Shown here: one piece after another, positions 20,334-30,797 of the stretch
How the letters are laid out: every line of letters begins with the position of its first letter
Numbering within the stretch: position 1 is the first letter of the stretch
From: Candidatus Thermosaccharophagus tengchongensis
GTDB lineage: Bacteria > Armatimonadota > Fervidibacteria > Fervidibacterales > Thermosaccharophagaceae
Length of the DNA: 64,000 nt
NCBI GenBank assembly: GCA_032161105.1
Contig: JAVHTD010000002.1
Strand: one strand, 5' to 3'
The notes under the pieces: model-generated
Seen by the model: the letters and a program-made list of their open reading frames with translations, nothing else
The model's database searches: none
What the model was told of the DNA's origin: nothing
Made by a program: the position numbers and the translations under genes

Positions 20334-20843
20334 GTGCCTTTGAGCGAGAGCCAACTTGAGGATGAGATTAAACGCAAGCTTGCACAGGTCCCGATGTCAT
20401 TCAAGGTAGGGAAGAGTGGGTTGGAAGTGTGCATTGATAGCAAGCATTTGATTGAGCTCTGCAAGGTGCTGCGCGACGAACCATTGCTGTGCTTTGATTA
20501 CCTGCGTTGCATCAGCGCCGTTGATTGGATTGACGATGGACGGATAGAGGTCGTCTACCACCTTTACTCAATGGCTCACGGGCATTGCATCGTCGTTAAG
20601 ACGAGCGTCCCGAGGGAAAACGCGATGTTGCCATCGGTGAGCGGCATTTGGGCGGCTGCTGACTGGCTTGAGCGTGAGGCTTATGACCTCATGGGTGTGC
20701 TCTTTGAAGGGCATCCCAACTTGAGGAGGATACTACTGCCGCATGATTGGGAGGGGCATCCGCTCCGCAAGGACTACGCTTATGACCCGATAGAGTTTGA
20801 TGAAGAGTATGCTGCGAAGGTGCGGCGTGGTGAGATGCCTTGA
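20334..20843 (+). CDS. nuoC: NADH-quinone oxidoreductase subunit C
   Basis: WLEREAYDLMGVLFEGHPNLRRILLPHDWEGHPLRKDY. Confidence 0.95.
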   Translation: MPLSESQLEDEIKRKLAQVPMSFKVGKSGLEVCIDSKHLIELCKVLRDEPLLCFDYLRCISAVDWIDDGRIEVVYHLYSMAHGHCIVVKTSVPRENAMLPSVSGIWAAADWLEREAYDLMGVLFEGHPNLRRILLPHDWEGHPLRKDYAYDPIEFDEEYAAKVRRGEMP

Positions 20844-22033
20844 AGCTGCGAGGCAATTGCCGAAGCGACTTCAATGGCTCTGTGCAGCCAAGTCAGTTGA
20901 TGGTTGAGGAGGCACGCCCAGGTGAGGCACTCAAGACCGACCGACTCATCCTCAACATGGGACCACAACACCCGAGCACTCACGGCGTGCTGCGCATGAT
21001 ACTCACCGTTGATGGCGAGTGGGTTGTTTCAGCGGAGCCGGATATAGGCTACCTGCACAGGGGCTTTGAGAAGCTCGCAGAGATGCGCGAGTATGAGCAG
21101 ACGATTTTCCTGAGCGACCGATGGGACTACCTCTCATCAATGAGCAACAACATCGCCATGTCGCTTGCGGTTGAGAGATTGCTTGACATTCAAGTCCCAG
21201 AGAGGGCGCAGTGGATACGAATGCTTGTCGCCGAGTTGCAGCGCATAGCATCCCACCTTGTGTTCATCGCAGCATACGGTTTGGACACAGGTGCTATGAC
21301 GCCCTTCTTTTACTGCTTCCGTGAGAGGGAGCGCATAGTCACGCTGTTTGAAATGCTTTGTGGGGCGAGATTGACATATCACTATGTTCGGATTGGTGGC
21401 GTAGCAGCTGACCTCCCGGATGGCTTCCTTGAGGAGCTTGAATCCCTCATCCCGATGCTGCGCAGCGGGTTTGACGAAATTGACGAGCTGCTCATCTTCA
21501 ACCCGATCTTCATGGAGCGCACAAAGGGGGTTGGAATTATACCGCCTCACTTGGCTGTGAGCTACGGTCTTTCCGGTCCGATGATAAGGGCAAGCGGCAT
21601 ACCGTATGATGTGCGCAGGTGTCACCCTTATCTCCTTTACGATGCCGTTGATTGGGATGTGGTCACGCATGATGGCTGTGACAGTTGGGCACGAGTTTGG
21701 GTGCGCTCGCAGGAGATGCGTCAAAGCCTGCGCATAGTTGAGCAAGCAATTGAACATCTCAAGGGTATGCCAAAGGGCGAGGTGAGGGCAAAGCTCGGAA
21801 GGTCAATTCGCCCGCCTAAGGGGGATTGCTATGTTGCAATAGAGTCGCCGAGGGGCGAACTCGGAATTTACATTGTGAGTGATGGCTCAACAAAACCATA
21901 CAGGGTGAAAATACGGGGACCGTCATTCGTCAACCTCTCAATTGCGCCGAGGGTGCTTCCCGGAGTGAAGATCGCAGACCTCGTGGCGATACTCGGCAGC
22001 TTTGACCTTGTCATGGGAGAGGTGGACAGATGA
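20840..22033 (+). CDS. nuoD: NADH-quinone oxidoreductase subunit D
   Basis: NMGPQHPSTHGVLR, GYLHRGFEK, DRWDY, ESPRGELG and C-terminal DLVMGEVDR. No [NiFe]-binding CxxC. Confidence 0.96.
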   Translation: MKLRGNCRSDFNGSVQPSQLMVEEARPGEALKTDRLILNMGPQHPSTHGVLRMILTVDGEWVVSAEPDIGYLHRGFEKLAEMREYEQTIFLSDRWDYLSSMSNNIAMSLAVERLLDIQVPERAQWIRMLVAELQRIASHLVFIAAYGLDTGAMTPFFYCFRERERIVTLFEMLCGARLTYHYVRIGGVAADLPDGFLEELESLIPMLRSGFDEIDELLIFNPIFMERTKGVGIIPPHLAVSYGLSGPMIRASGIPYDVRRCHPYLLYDAVDWDVVTHDGCDSWARVWVRSQEMRQSLRIVEQAIEHLKGMPKGEVRAKLGRSIRPPKGDCYVAIESPRGELGIYIVSDGSTKPYRVKIRGPSFVNLSIAPRVLPGVKIADLVAILGSFDLVMGEVDR

Positions 22034-23091
22034 ACCGAATTGGGTTGGCATGGCTGTGTGAGAGGCTCCTCAGGTGGACTGGTGTGCCGGTTGAATTCTG
22101 GGTTGGTCTTGTGGTTGCCGTGATCATTTTCCTCTTCATGAGCGTCGTTGTGCTTGCGCTCGTCTATCTATTTCGCAAGTTTGCCGGCTTCATACAGGTG
22201 CGCCTCGGTCCAAGGTATGTCGGACCAAGGGGTGTGCTGCAGACCATCTGCGATGCTATCAAGTTACTCGCCAAGGAGGACATCATACCAGCCGAAGCTG
22301 ACAGGGGTATATTCATTGCTGCGCCATTGATTGTTTTCCTTCCGGCATATCTCGTCTACATCGTCATACCGCTTGGGCAGCCGCCGCACTTCCAGCCGAA
22401 GGACTTGAACTTGGGTATCCTGTATGTGCTCGCCATAACTTCAATCACCGTTGTCGGGATAATAACAGCCGGATGGGCTTCCGGAAGCAAGTGGGCAACA
22501 ATCGGCGGCATGCGCAGCGGTGCTCAGCTTATCTCTTACGAGGTGCCAATGTCTCTTGCAGTGCTCATCCCTGTGCTCATCTCGGGCTCGCTCAGCATGA
22601 AGGACATAGCGGAAGCACAGGGGAATCGCTTCTGGAACTGGAACGCATTCAACATCAACTACTTCGGGTTGACGCTTGTAGCCTTCATCGTCTACATGAT
22701 ATGCGCTCTCGCCGAAACAAACCAAATACCGTTTGACCTGCCGGAAGCGGAGAGCGAGTTAGTTGCCGGCTACAATGTAGAATACAGCGGGATTCGCTTT
22801 GCCTTCTTCTTCCTTGCCGAGTTCTCCAACCTGTTCGTTGTCTGCGCAATTGCCACCACGCTTTTCCTTGGCGGCTGGCATGCTCCACTTCCGTTCATGC
22901 CCGATGATGGGCTTTGGTCTGTGGTTTGGTTCATGCTCAAGACTTGGGCTCTCGTCTTTATCGCCCTTTGGATAAGGTCAACTTATCCGAGGGTGCGAAT
23001 TGACCAACTTATGGAATTCGCATGGAAGAGGTTGTTTCCCGTCATGCTCGCCGAATTGGGCATAGTGTCGCTCTTGGTTGCGCTGAGGTGA
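22030..23091 (+). CDS. nuoH: NADH-quinone oxidoreductase subunit H
   Basis: QVRLGP, DAIKLLAKE, AQLISYEVP, PFDLPEAESELVAGY and PRVRIDQLM. Confidence 0.96.
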   Translation: MNRIGLAWLCERLLRWTGVPVEFWVGLVVAVIIFLFMSVVVLALVYLFRKFAGFIQVRLGPRYVGPRGVLQTICDAIKLLAKEDIIPAEADRGIFIAAPLIVFLPAYLVYIVIPLGQPPHFQPKDLNLGILYVLAITSITVVGIITAGWASGSKWATIGGMRSGAQLISYEVPMSLAVLIPVLISGSLSMKDIAEAQGNRFWNWNAFNINYFGLTLVAFIVYMICALAETNQIPFDLPEAESELVAGYNVEYSGIRFAFFFLAEFSNLFVVCAIATTLFLGGWHAPLPFMPDDGLWSVVWFMLKTWALVFIALWIRSTYPRVRIDQLMEFAWKRLFPVMLAELGIVSLLVALR

Positions 23092-23096
23092 GCCGA

Positions 23097-23654
23097 ATGA
23101 ACGGCAGCTTCGTGTGGTGGGCTTTCTTCTACGCCCTATCGGCATTCATCCTGCTAAACGCCATCATGGTTGTGGCTGGCAGGAATCTTTTCAGGTGCGC
23201 TCTGCATTTGATGCTCGTGTTCCTCGGCGTTGCCGGGCTGTTCCTGTTGCAAGGGGCGATCTTCTTAGCCGGTGTGCAAGTGCTCATTTACACCGGTGGT
23301 GTCACTACGCTCATACTCTTCGCCGTCATGCTCAGCGAGGAGGTCGTTGGGAAGGGGAGGCGGCTTGTGAGTGCGAATGTGGGCATCGGTATAAGCGCAG
23401 CCGTGTGCTTCTTTGGTCTGGCGCTGACCATCTTGGGCACAGCGGTTGTCAAGCTGCCGGCAAACTATGAGGTGCAGATTGCACCGCTGGCGCAGTTCGT
23501 TGCAGAGGCGGCTTCCTCACCGATGGGTAATGTGCGCGCTGCCGGTGTAGGATTGGTCACGCAATTCCTTGTGCCATTTGAGTTTGCATCCGTGCTCCTG
23601 CTGGTTGCGGTTGTCGGCGCAATAACTGTTGCAAGGCTCGCCGGTGGCAAGTGA
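23097..23654 (+). CDS. nuoJ: NADH-quinone oxidoreductase subunit J
   Basis: QVLIYTGGVTTLILFAVML and PFEFASVLLLVAVVGA. ATG 23097 is 5 nt after the nuoH stop. Confidence 0.93.
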   Translation: MNGSFVWWAFFYALSAFILLNAIMVVAGRNLFRCALHLMLVFLGVAGLFLLQGAIFLAGVQVLIYTGGVTTLILFAVMLSEEVVGKGRRLVSANVGIGISAAVCFFGLALTILGTAVVKLPANYEVQIAPLAQFVAEAASSPMGNVRAAGVGLVTQFLVPFEFASVLLLVAVVGAITVARLAGGK

Positions 23655-23687
23655 GTTTATCCATGCCGTGAAAGGTCGGATCGGCAG

Positions 23688-24008
23688 GTGTTAATGATGG
23701 GAGTGTGGCTCATGCATTACTTGGTTCTCTCGGCGCTGCTCTTCTCAATCGGAATTTACGGCGTGCTCACGAGGCGAAACGCAATCGCGATCCTGATGGG
23801 GATAGAACTTATGCTCAATGCCGTCAACCTCAACTTTGTGGCTGTGTGCTTCGCCTTAACGCCAAATCAGATAACGGGACAGCTATTTGCAGCTTTTGTG
23901 ATCGTAGTTGCTGCCGCTGAAGCTTGCATAGGGTTTGCCCTCATCATAGCCATCTACAGGAACTTCGGGAAGGTAAATGTGGATGACATTAACATCATGC
24001 GGTGGTAG
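23688..24008 (+). CDS. nuoK: NADH-quinone oxidoreductase subunit K
   Basis: GVLTRRNAI, IELMLNAVN and VAAAEACIG. Confidence 0.95.
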   Translation: MLMMGVWLMHYLVLSALLFSIGIYGVLTRRNAIAILMGIELMLNAVNLNFVAVCFALTPNQITGQLFAAFVIVVAAAEACIGFALIIAIYRNFGKVNVDDINIMRW

Positions 24009-24031
24009 GCTGCCTGCGAAGGGGTGAGAGG

Positions 24032-26083
24032 ATGAGCATTGCTTCAGTTGTGCCATTGCTCATTTTGGGATTGCCGTTTCTGGCATTCCTAATCTGCGCG
24101 CTGGTCGGATATAAATTGCGCGAGCGCGCCGCATTGGTTGCGCTGTCACTTGTCGGTCTGTCATCGTTACTCTGCCTCTTTACATTCGGCGCCGCAATCA
24201 TCTCAGCCTGCTCGGGAAAGGATGTCCTTGCGCAGGGCGTCTGGATGCGCATTCAAGTTGGCAGTGGTAAGGCACAGCTCACAATCCCGATCGGTTACAT
24301 CATTGATCCCCTCACATCCGTTATGCTTTTCGTCGTAGGCTTCATCGGATGGTGGATAATGCTCTATTCAGTCGGATACATGCACGGCGATGTGCGCTAT
24401 CACCGTTACTTCGCATACATGTCGCTGTTCATGGCGTCCATGCTCGGGCTTGTGCTCGCAAACAACTTTGTGATGCTTTACATCTGCTGGGAACTCGTCG
24501 GGCTGTGCTCCTACCTCCTCATCGGCTTTTGGTATGAGCGTGAAGCAGCTATGCGTGCATGCAAGAAGGCTTTTATAGTGACGAGGCTCGGCGACACCGG
24601 GTTTGCGCTCGGCATCTTCCTCATCGCTGCAATCACTGGCAGCGTTCTCTTTTACTCCACCGACGGCATTGATGGCATCTTCACATTGCTTCGTGATGGT
24701 TCGCTACCGCATAGCAACCTTCTTGCGCTCGCCCCCATTTTGCTCTTCTTCGGGGCAATCGGCAAGTCGGCACAATTCCCATTGCATGTTTGGCTTCCGG
24801 ACGCGATGGAAGGACCAACGCCAGTCAGTGCTTTAATTCACGCTGCCACAATGGTTGCAGCCGGTGTTTACATGGTCGCAAGATGCTATGTGCTGTTTGA
24901 TGAGCGCATCGTCGGCGTGTTGACGCTGTTTGGAAACACAGTGGCATTGTCGTCGGGTAAATTCGTCGCACATATTGGGTGCTTCACCGCCTTCATGGCT
25001 GCCACAATCGCCCTTGTGCAGACCGACATCAAGCGCATACTCGCATACTCAACTATAAGCCAACTCGGCTACATGATGATGGGGCTCGGGCTCGGCGCAT
25101 ATTCAGCCGGCACATTCCATCTGATGACGCACGCCTTCTTTAAAGCGCTGTTGTTCCTATGTGCCGGAAGCGTCATCCATGCTATGCAGACAAATGAGAT
25201 CTTTCACATGGGCGGTCTGAGAAGAGCCATGCCGATAACATTTGCCACTTATCTGATTGGCATGGCGGCACTCGCCGGAATACCGCCGCTTTCCGGCTTT
25301 TGGAGCAAGGATGAGATATTGGCACATGCCTTCTCACACAACAAGCTGCTATGGGCTGTCGGTGAAGTGACGGCATTCCTTACGGCTCTTTATATGGCGA
25401 GGCAGCTTTGCATCGTCTTCTTGGGTGAGCAAAGGAGGCATGATGTTCATCCGCATGAGAGCCCGCCAGTGATGTTGATCCCGCTCATCATACTCTCCAT
25501 CGGGGCTGCGTTTAGCGGCTTTGTCGGGATGCCTTGGGCAAACCTGTATGGCAAGTTCGTGAGCTATGGCGAGTCGCACAGTGCAGGACACGGTTCATCG
25601 GCATTCGTGATGTTCGTGTCGCTGTGCGCCTCACTTCTTGGCGTCCTATTTGGCTATCGCCTTTATGGCACAAGATGCATCACAAACGCTGCCGAAGACC
25701 CACTTCGGTCACTCCTCGGCGGAGCTTACTCGTTCCTTGAAGCCAAATGGCACTTGGATTGGTATGAGGGCGCAAGGGTGAGGCGGGCTTTCTTTGGCAC
25801 CGTTAACCGTTGCAGGGCATTTGACCTCGGCGTTGTTGACGGCTTTGTGAATCTCATCGGGTGGACTACGGCTTATGTCCTCGCATATCTGCATCGCTGC
25901 TTTGACCTATACATCGTTGACGGCGTAGTCAATGGCATGGCATTGTTCACAGGCTTCATTGGCGATGCTCTCAGGCGCATACAAACCGGCTTTGTGCGCC
26001 ACTACATGCTCTTCGTGCTCATCGGATTTGTTGTTCTCATTGCCCTCACTATGTGGCGGGCAATCCTGCTCGCACACCTGTAA
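24032..26083 (+). CDS. nuoL: NADH-quinone oxidoreductase subunit L
   Basis: WELVGLCSYLLIGFW, GKSAQFPLHVWLPDAMEGPTPVSALIHAATMV and THAFFKALLFL. Confidence 0.96.
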   Translation: MSIASVVPLLILGLPFLAFLICALVGYKLRERAALVALSLVGLSSLLCLFTFGAAIISACSGKDVLAQGVWMRIQVGSGKAQLTIPIGYIIDPLTSVMLFVVGFIGWWIMLYSVGYMHGDVRYHRYFAYMSLFMASMLGLVLANNFVMLYICWELVGLCSYLLIGFWYEREAAMRACKKAFIVTRLGDTGFALGIFLIAAITGSVLFYSTDGIDGIFTLLRDGSLPHSNLLALAPILLFFGAIGKSAQFPLHVWLPDAMEGPTPVSALIHAATMVAAGVYMVARCYVLFDERIVGVLTLFGNTVALSSGKFVAHIGCFTAFMAATIALVQTDIKRILAYSTISQLGYMMMGLGLGAYSAGTFHLMTHAFFKALLFLCAGSVIHAMQTNEIFHMGGLRRAMPITFATYLIGMAALAGIPPLSGFWSKDEILAHAFSHNKLLWAVGEVTAFLTALYMARQLCIVFLGEQRRHDVHPHESPPVMLIPLIILSIGAAFSGFVGMPWANLYGKFVSYGESHSAGHGSSAFVMFVSLCASLLGVLFGYRLYGTRCITNAAEDPLRSLLGGAYSFLEAKWHLDWYEGARVRRAFFGTVNRCRAFDLGVVDGFVNLIGWTTAYVLAYLHRCFDLYIVDGVVNGMALFTGFIGDALRRIQTGFVRHYMLFVLIGFVVLIALTMWRAILLAHL

Positions 26084-26125
26084 GCGCGCTTGAATGCTGG
26101 AAGGTGTGGAAAGGGTGAATGAGCG

Positions 26126-27685
26126 ATGAACGAGGGTGTTGGGATATTGAGTGCGATAACTTTTCTTCCGGCGCTCGGGGCACTGCTTGTCGTTTTGACG
26201 CCGAGGGAACGCGTCTCACTCATAAGGGCGATAGCGCATTGCATAAGCGCGTTTGTGCTCATACTATCGCTCTTTATGTTTGCCGATTTGGATAGGACCT
26301 CGCCGCACATGCAGTTTGTTGAGCGCTTCCTTTGGATACCCACCATCAACATCAGATACTACTTCGGTGTTGACGGCTTGAGTGCGCCGCTTGTTGTGCT
26401 CACAGCTTTGCTTTCTTTCCTGTCAATCGTCTACTCGCCAACCGCAATACGGCATCGTGAGAAGGAATATTATGCGCTCTTCCTCCTTCTCGAGACCGGC
26501 ATGATTGGCGTCTTCACGGCGCTTGACTTCATCTTCTTCTACATCTTTTGGGAGGTCAGCCTTGTGCCAATGTATTTCCTCATCGGGATCTGGGGCGGTC
26601 CAAAGCGAGAATATGCAGCCATCAAGTTTTTCCTCTACACGCTGTTCGGCTCGGTGTTCATGCTGCTTGCCATACTCACGCTTTACTACTTCAGCGGACC
26701 GCCATCGTATGACCCGACGCAGCCTCGCACATTTGACATGTTGGAGTTGATAAGGCAACAGCCGCTCAGCGGGCACATCGTAGCGCAGCTGCTTTGCTTC
26801 CTCGGCTTCTATCTTGCGTTTGCAATCAAGGTGCCCGTCTTCCCATTCCACACATGGCTTCCGGATGCGCATGTTGAAGCGCCGACAGCCGGCAGCGTCT
26901 TGCTCGCTGGAATATTGCTGAAGATGGGGACTTACGGCATGGTGCGCGTCTTGCTGCCTTTGTTCCCGGTGGCTTGCTCAATCTTTTGGAAACCATTGGC
27001 GGTGCTCGCCATCATAAACATCATCTATGGCGCTCTGGTTGCTATGGGGCAGGATGACTTGAAGAAGCTCGTTGCATACTCAAGCATTGCTCACATGGGC
27101 TTTGTCATGCTCGGTGTGGCTGCTGCGGCAAGGGCAACTTCCGATGTCCCAAGTGCCTTATTGGAAGCGCTCATTCGGGCGAAGGTCATTGCGCTCACCG
27201 GAGCAACGCTTGAAATGATTGCTCACGGTCTTATCACCGGAAGTTTGTTCCTGCTTGTTGGCGTCATCTACGAGCGTGTTCACCATCGTGACCTCAACTC
27301 CTTTGGCGGGCTGTGGAATCAAATGCCGGTCTACAGCGCTGTGCTCGCATTCATGGCATTGGCATCGCTCGGCTTGCCCGGGCTGGTTGGCTTCTGGGCA
27401 GAGTTCATGGCTCTGATGGGGGCGTTTGGAGTGTATGGTCATTTTGCATGGCTCGCCGTATTTGGCATTGTCATAGTCGCGGCTTTCTTCCTTTGGATGC
27501 TCCAAAGGATGCTCATGGGCTCTTTGCCGAAGGGTTATGAGACCCTCAAGGACATGGACATGCGCGAATGCATATCGCTCTTCCCGCTTGTCTTCCTTGT
27601 CTTCCTGCTCGGAGTATATCCGCAGCTTTTGCTTGAGCCGATAAGCGCGGTCATGATGCACATCGTAAAATCAATGCCGTTATAA
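26126..27685 (+). CDS. nuoM: NADH-quinone oxidoreductase subunit M
   Basis: FYIFWEVSLVP, KVPVFPFHTWLPDAHVEAPT and KKLVAYSSIAHMG. Confidence 0.96.
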   Translation: MNEGVGILSAITFLPALGALLVVLTPRERVSLIRAIAHCISAFVLILSLFMFADLDRTSPHMQFVERFLWIPTINIRYYFGVDGLSAPLVVLTALLSFLSIVYSPTAIRHREKEYYALFLLLETGMIGVFTALDFIFFYIFWEVSLVPMYFLIGIWGGPKREYAAIKFFLYTLFGSVFMLLAILTLYYFSGPPSYDPTQPRTFDMLELIRQQPLSGHIVAQLLCFLGFYLAFAIKVPVFPFHTWLPDAHVEAPTAGSVLLAGILLKMGTYGMVRVLLPLFPVACSIFWKPLAVLAIINIIYGALVAMGQDDLKKLVAYSSIAHMGFVMLGVAAAARATSDVPSALLEALIRAKVIALTGATLEMIAHGLITGSLFLLVGVIYERVHHRDLNSFGGLWNQMPVYSAVLAFMALASLGLPGLVGFWAEFMALMGAFGVYGHFAWLAVFGIVIVAAFFLWMLQRMLMGSLPKGYETLKDMDMRECISLFPLVFLVFLLGVYPQLLLEPISAVMMHIVKSMPL

Positions 27686-27716
27686 GCGTGCGCTTTAGTT
27701 GGTGAGGTTGGAGGAG

Positions 27717-29252
27717 ATGGATGAACTGATGGTGCTTTTTGGATATCTCGCTTCGGAGATGGTGCTTGCGGTAGGCGGCATAGTGATACTCGTCATTAAC
27801 TTCGCATCGCCGCATGTGAGGGGTCGTCATCTTGGCTACCTTGCGGCGTGCATCATCGGGCTGTCGGCATTTCTCATCCCTTGGCAGGGTTGGCTTGCCG
27901 CCGAAACACAAATTGTCAAATCAACCCTCCGCCCGTTCCTCGCCTTTTGTCTATCTCCGGACATGTATGCCACTTACTTCAAGTTTGCCATTGTCATTGG
28001 CATGCTCATCACCATCCTTGCATCGGTTGACTATGTTGAGGCGAGGCTTGAGGGTGTTTCAGGCGAGCTGTATGCCATGCTATGCTTTGTGGCACTGAGC
28101 ATGTCATTCATGGTATCGGCTGTTGAGCTTATAACGCTCTTCCTCGCAATAGAGCTAACAGGCATAGCATCCTATGCTCTTGCGTCCCTTGATGCTTCCA
28201 ATCCACGCTCAGCCGAAGCCGGGATCAAATACTTCCTCACGGGCGCAGCTGCAACTGCAGTAAGCCTCTACGGGATGTCGCTCATCTATGCCTTCTCAGG
28301 CACTACAAACCTTCGCGGGATACTCAGCGCCCATTCGGAAGTCGTTCCACAATGTCCGCACATCGTTCTCGTCAGCCTCGTGATGGTGATGGCGTCACTC
28401 GGCTTTAAGGGGGCACTTGTCCCATTTCATGCGTGGGCTCCCGACACATACGAAGGCGCGCCGACACCGGTGACCACATTCTTGGCTGCGGCATCAAAGG
28501 TGGCAGCAATGGGATTGGTCGCCCGGTTTGTGCTCTTTGGCTTCTCGGAGTCATGCGAGCTGTGGCGTCCCGTGATTTCAACCGTTAGCGCTCTCACGAT
28601 GACCATCGGAAATCTGTTCGCAATACCGCAGCGCAACATGAAACGCATGCTCGCATACTCCAGCATAGCTCATGCCGGCTATATGCTCATCGGGTTGGCT
28701 GCCGTATCGCAGTCCGAGATTGAATCAATGATGGGAAAGAGCCCCCTCGGGCACACCGATGTTTCAATGACCGGATTTCTCCTCTACGCGCTCGGGTATG
28801 CATTCGCTACAGGTGGTGCATTTACCGTGGTGCTCGCCGTCTCACATTCCATTGGCACGGAGGAGATACCGGGATATGCTGGGTTGTCACAGCGAATGCC
28901 GCATCTGGCGTGGGCACTCACCATCTTCTTCCTCTCGCTCATTGGCATACCGCCGCTTGTCGGCTTCTTCGCGAAGGCACTCATCTTCGCCGGAGCAATA
29001 TACTCGGGTTTGAGCTGGCTTGCAATCATCGGTGTGCTCAACAGCGTCATCTCGGGATACTACTATCTCAATGTCGTGAGACACATGTTCTTGCTTCCGC
29101 CAAGCGAGCATTCCGTTGAGCGGACCACACCTGCCACCGATGCCGCATTGCTCATAGCATTGCTTGGGACTGTCATGATCGGTCTGCTGCCAAACCCATT
29201 CTTGCGATGGATCAGGGATACGCTTTATGGCGTCATTATAATGCCGCGATGA
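27717..29252 (+). CDS. nuoN: NADH-quinone oxidoreductase subunit N
   Basis: EAGIKYF, PFHAWAPDTYEGAPTP and KRMLAYSSIAHAGY. Start could be 27699, 27717 or 27729. Confidence 0.95.
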   Translation: MDELMVLFGYLASEMVLAVGGIVILVINFASPHVRGRHLGYLAACIIGLSAFLIPWQGWLAAETQIVKSTLRPFLAFCLSPDMYATYFKFAIVIGMLITILASVDYVEARLEGVSGELYAMLCFVALSMSFMVSAVELITLFLAIELTGIASYALASLDASNPRSAEAGIKYFLTGAAATAVSLYGMSLIYAFSGTTNLRGILSAHSEVVPQCPHIVLVSLVMVMASLGFKGALVPFHAWAPDTYEGAPTPVTTFLAAASKVAAMGLVARFVLFGFSESCELWRPVISTVSALTMTIGNLFAIPQRNMKRMLAYSSIAHAGYMLIGLAAVSQSEIESMMGKSPLGHTDVSMTGFLLYALGYAFATGGAFTVVLAVSHSIGTEEIPGYAGLSQRMPHLAWALTIFFLSLIGIPPLVGFFAKALIFAGAIYSGLSWLAIIGVLNSVISGYYYLNVVRHMFLLPPSEHSVERTTPATDAALLIALLGTVMIGLLPNPFLRWIRDTLYGVIIMPR

Positions 29253-29284
29253 ACACCGCATGTTAAACTGGTTGGTGATGCCGT

Positions 29285-29734
29285 ATGGCAAAGGAACGCA
29301 CCTTCGTCATGCTCAAGCCGGATGCCATCCAGAGACGCCTTGTTGGAGAAATCATCTCTCGGTTTGAGCGCAGGGGTCTTAAGCTCGTCGGTATGAAGAT
29401 GGTTTGGATGAGCCGCAATAGGGCTGAGGAGTTATACGCTATGCACAGTGGCAAGCCGTTCTTTGATGCGCTGATAGCTTTTGTGACATCGTCTCCGGTC
29501 ATCGTTATGGTGTGGGAGGGAGAGAACGCGGTGGCGGCGGTGAGGCAGCTCATTGGTGCGACAAAGCCGAGTGAGGCAGATGTTGGGAGTGTGAGGGGTG
29601 ATTTCGGGTTGAGCGTGACCCTGAATTTGATACACGGTGCGGATTCGCCGCAATCCGCCGAGAGGGAAATGAGCTTGTTCTTCTCGGAGGAGGAGGTCTT
29701 CAACTACGAGATGTGCGATGAGACATGGATCTAA
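29285..29734 (+). CDS. ndk: Nucleoside diphosphate kinase
   Basis: ERTFVMLKPDA and catalytic NLIHGADS. Confidence 0.97.
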   Translation: MAKERTFVMLKPDAIQRRLVGEIISRFERRGLKLVGMKMVWMSRNRAEELYAMHSGKPFFDALIAFVTSSPVIVMVWEGENAVAAVRQLIGATKPSEADVGSVRGDFGLSVTLNLIHGADSPQSAEREMSLFFSEEEVFNYEMCDETWI

Positions 29735-29746
29735 CGGGTGAGTTAG

Positions 29747-30766
29747 GTGAACTGGAAAAGTGATTTTACCATGCATGCGCAACTTCGCGATGCTGAATGG
29801 CTCACTGCAATTTGGGAACCTTTGGGCAGAGTGGAAAAGTTGCTGCGCGAGTGCGTCAGCACCTCAAGCGGCAGGTTGAGGGAGGTTGTTAACTACACGC
29901 TCAGCTCCGGCGGAAAGCGCATTCGCCCAGTGATTACGCTGCTCTCGGCGCAGGCGGTTGGTGATGTGAATGAGCGCACCATAGCTTATGCAGCTGCGAT
30001 TGAGTTGATACATACCGCAAGCTTGCTTCACGACGATGTGATTGATAATGCGAAGGTGCGCCGTGGTATGGTGACGGCGAATGTTCTTTGGGGTGACAGT
30101 GCTGCCATAGTTGGCGGTGACTTCCTTCTCGCCTGCGCCTTTGAATTGCTTTCAAGGTATGCCGATGTGCATGCCATGTGCGATATCGCTGGGACGGCGC
30201 AAAAGATGTGCCATGGTCAGATGCTTGAGTTGATGCACGCTTTTGATACCCAGATGAGCCGTGACCAGTATCTTGAGATTGTCAGGTTGAAGACTGCAGA
30301 GCTGTTTGCCTCGGCGTGCTTTGCCGGAAGCCTTTCCGGCGGCGCTGCCATTGAGGATGCAACTCGCCTGCGCAATTTCGGCTTGCTCATCGGGATAGCT
30401 TTCCAAATCGTTGATGACTTGTTAGACATCGTTGGCAGTGAGAGCGTGCTCGGCAAGCCGATAGGACAGGACTTGAAGAGCGGCAAGATGACGCTGCCCG
30501 TGATTGAGCTGCTTGAGAAGCTTAGAAGTGAGGGCGATGGACCCCTATTAAAGCGCATTGAAGATTCGCTTAACGAAAGAAGCGTCAGTGACGAACTCGT
30601 CTCCGTGCTGCAGCAACTCATCGTCACTCATGGCATTGATAAGCTTGTCAGGTCGTATGCGAGGCAGCTCTCCCATAGCGCAATAGAGGTGTTGAAGTGC
30701 CCACCCGCACAGCGCTGTGAGGCGCTCTCAAGCATTGCCAAATTTGTCGTTGACAGGGAGTTATGA
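29747..30766 (+). CDS. Polyprenyl diphosphate synthase (HepT/IspB-like)
   Basis: GGKRIRP, ASLLHDDVID...RRG and FQIVDDLLD. Confidence 0.92.
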   Translation: MNWKSDFTMHAQLRDAEWLTAIWEPLGRVEKLLRECVSTSSGRLREVVNYTLSSGGKRIRPVITLLSAQAVGDVNERTIAYAAAIELIHTASLLHDDVIDNAKVRRGMVTANVLWGDSAAIVGGDFLLACAFELLSRYADVHAMCDIAGTAQKMCHGQMLELMHAFDTQMSRDQYLEIVRLKTAELFASACFAGSLSGGAAIEDATRLRNFGLLIGIAFQIVDDLLDIVGSESVLGKPIGQDLKSGKMTLPVIELLEKLRSEGDGPLLKRIEDSLNERSVSDELVSVLQQLIVTHGIDKLVRSYARQLSHSAIEVLKCPPAQRCEALSSIAKFVVDREL

Positions 30767-30797
30767 GCGACAAGCATTGTGCAGGGGTGGTCGCAAA

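Noticed and set aside
20840..22033. Possible group 4 [NiFe]-hydrogenase large subunit explaining the odd nuo operon
   Set aside because: No CxxC Ni-binding motifs at either end; the sequence has NuoD motifs (HPSTHGVLR, DRWDY, GEVDR).
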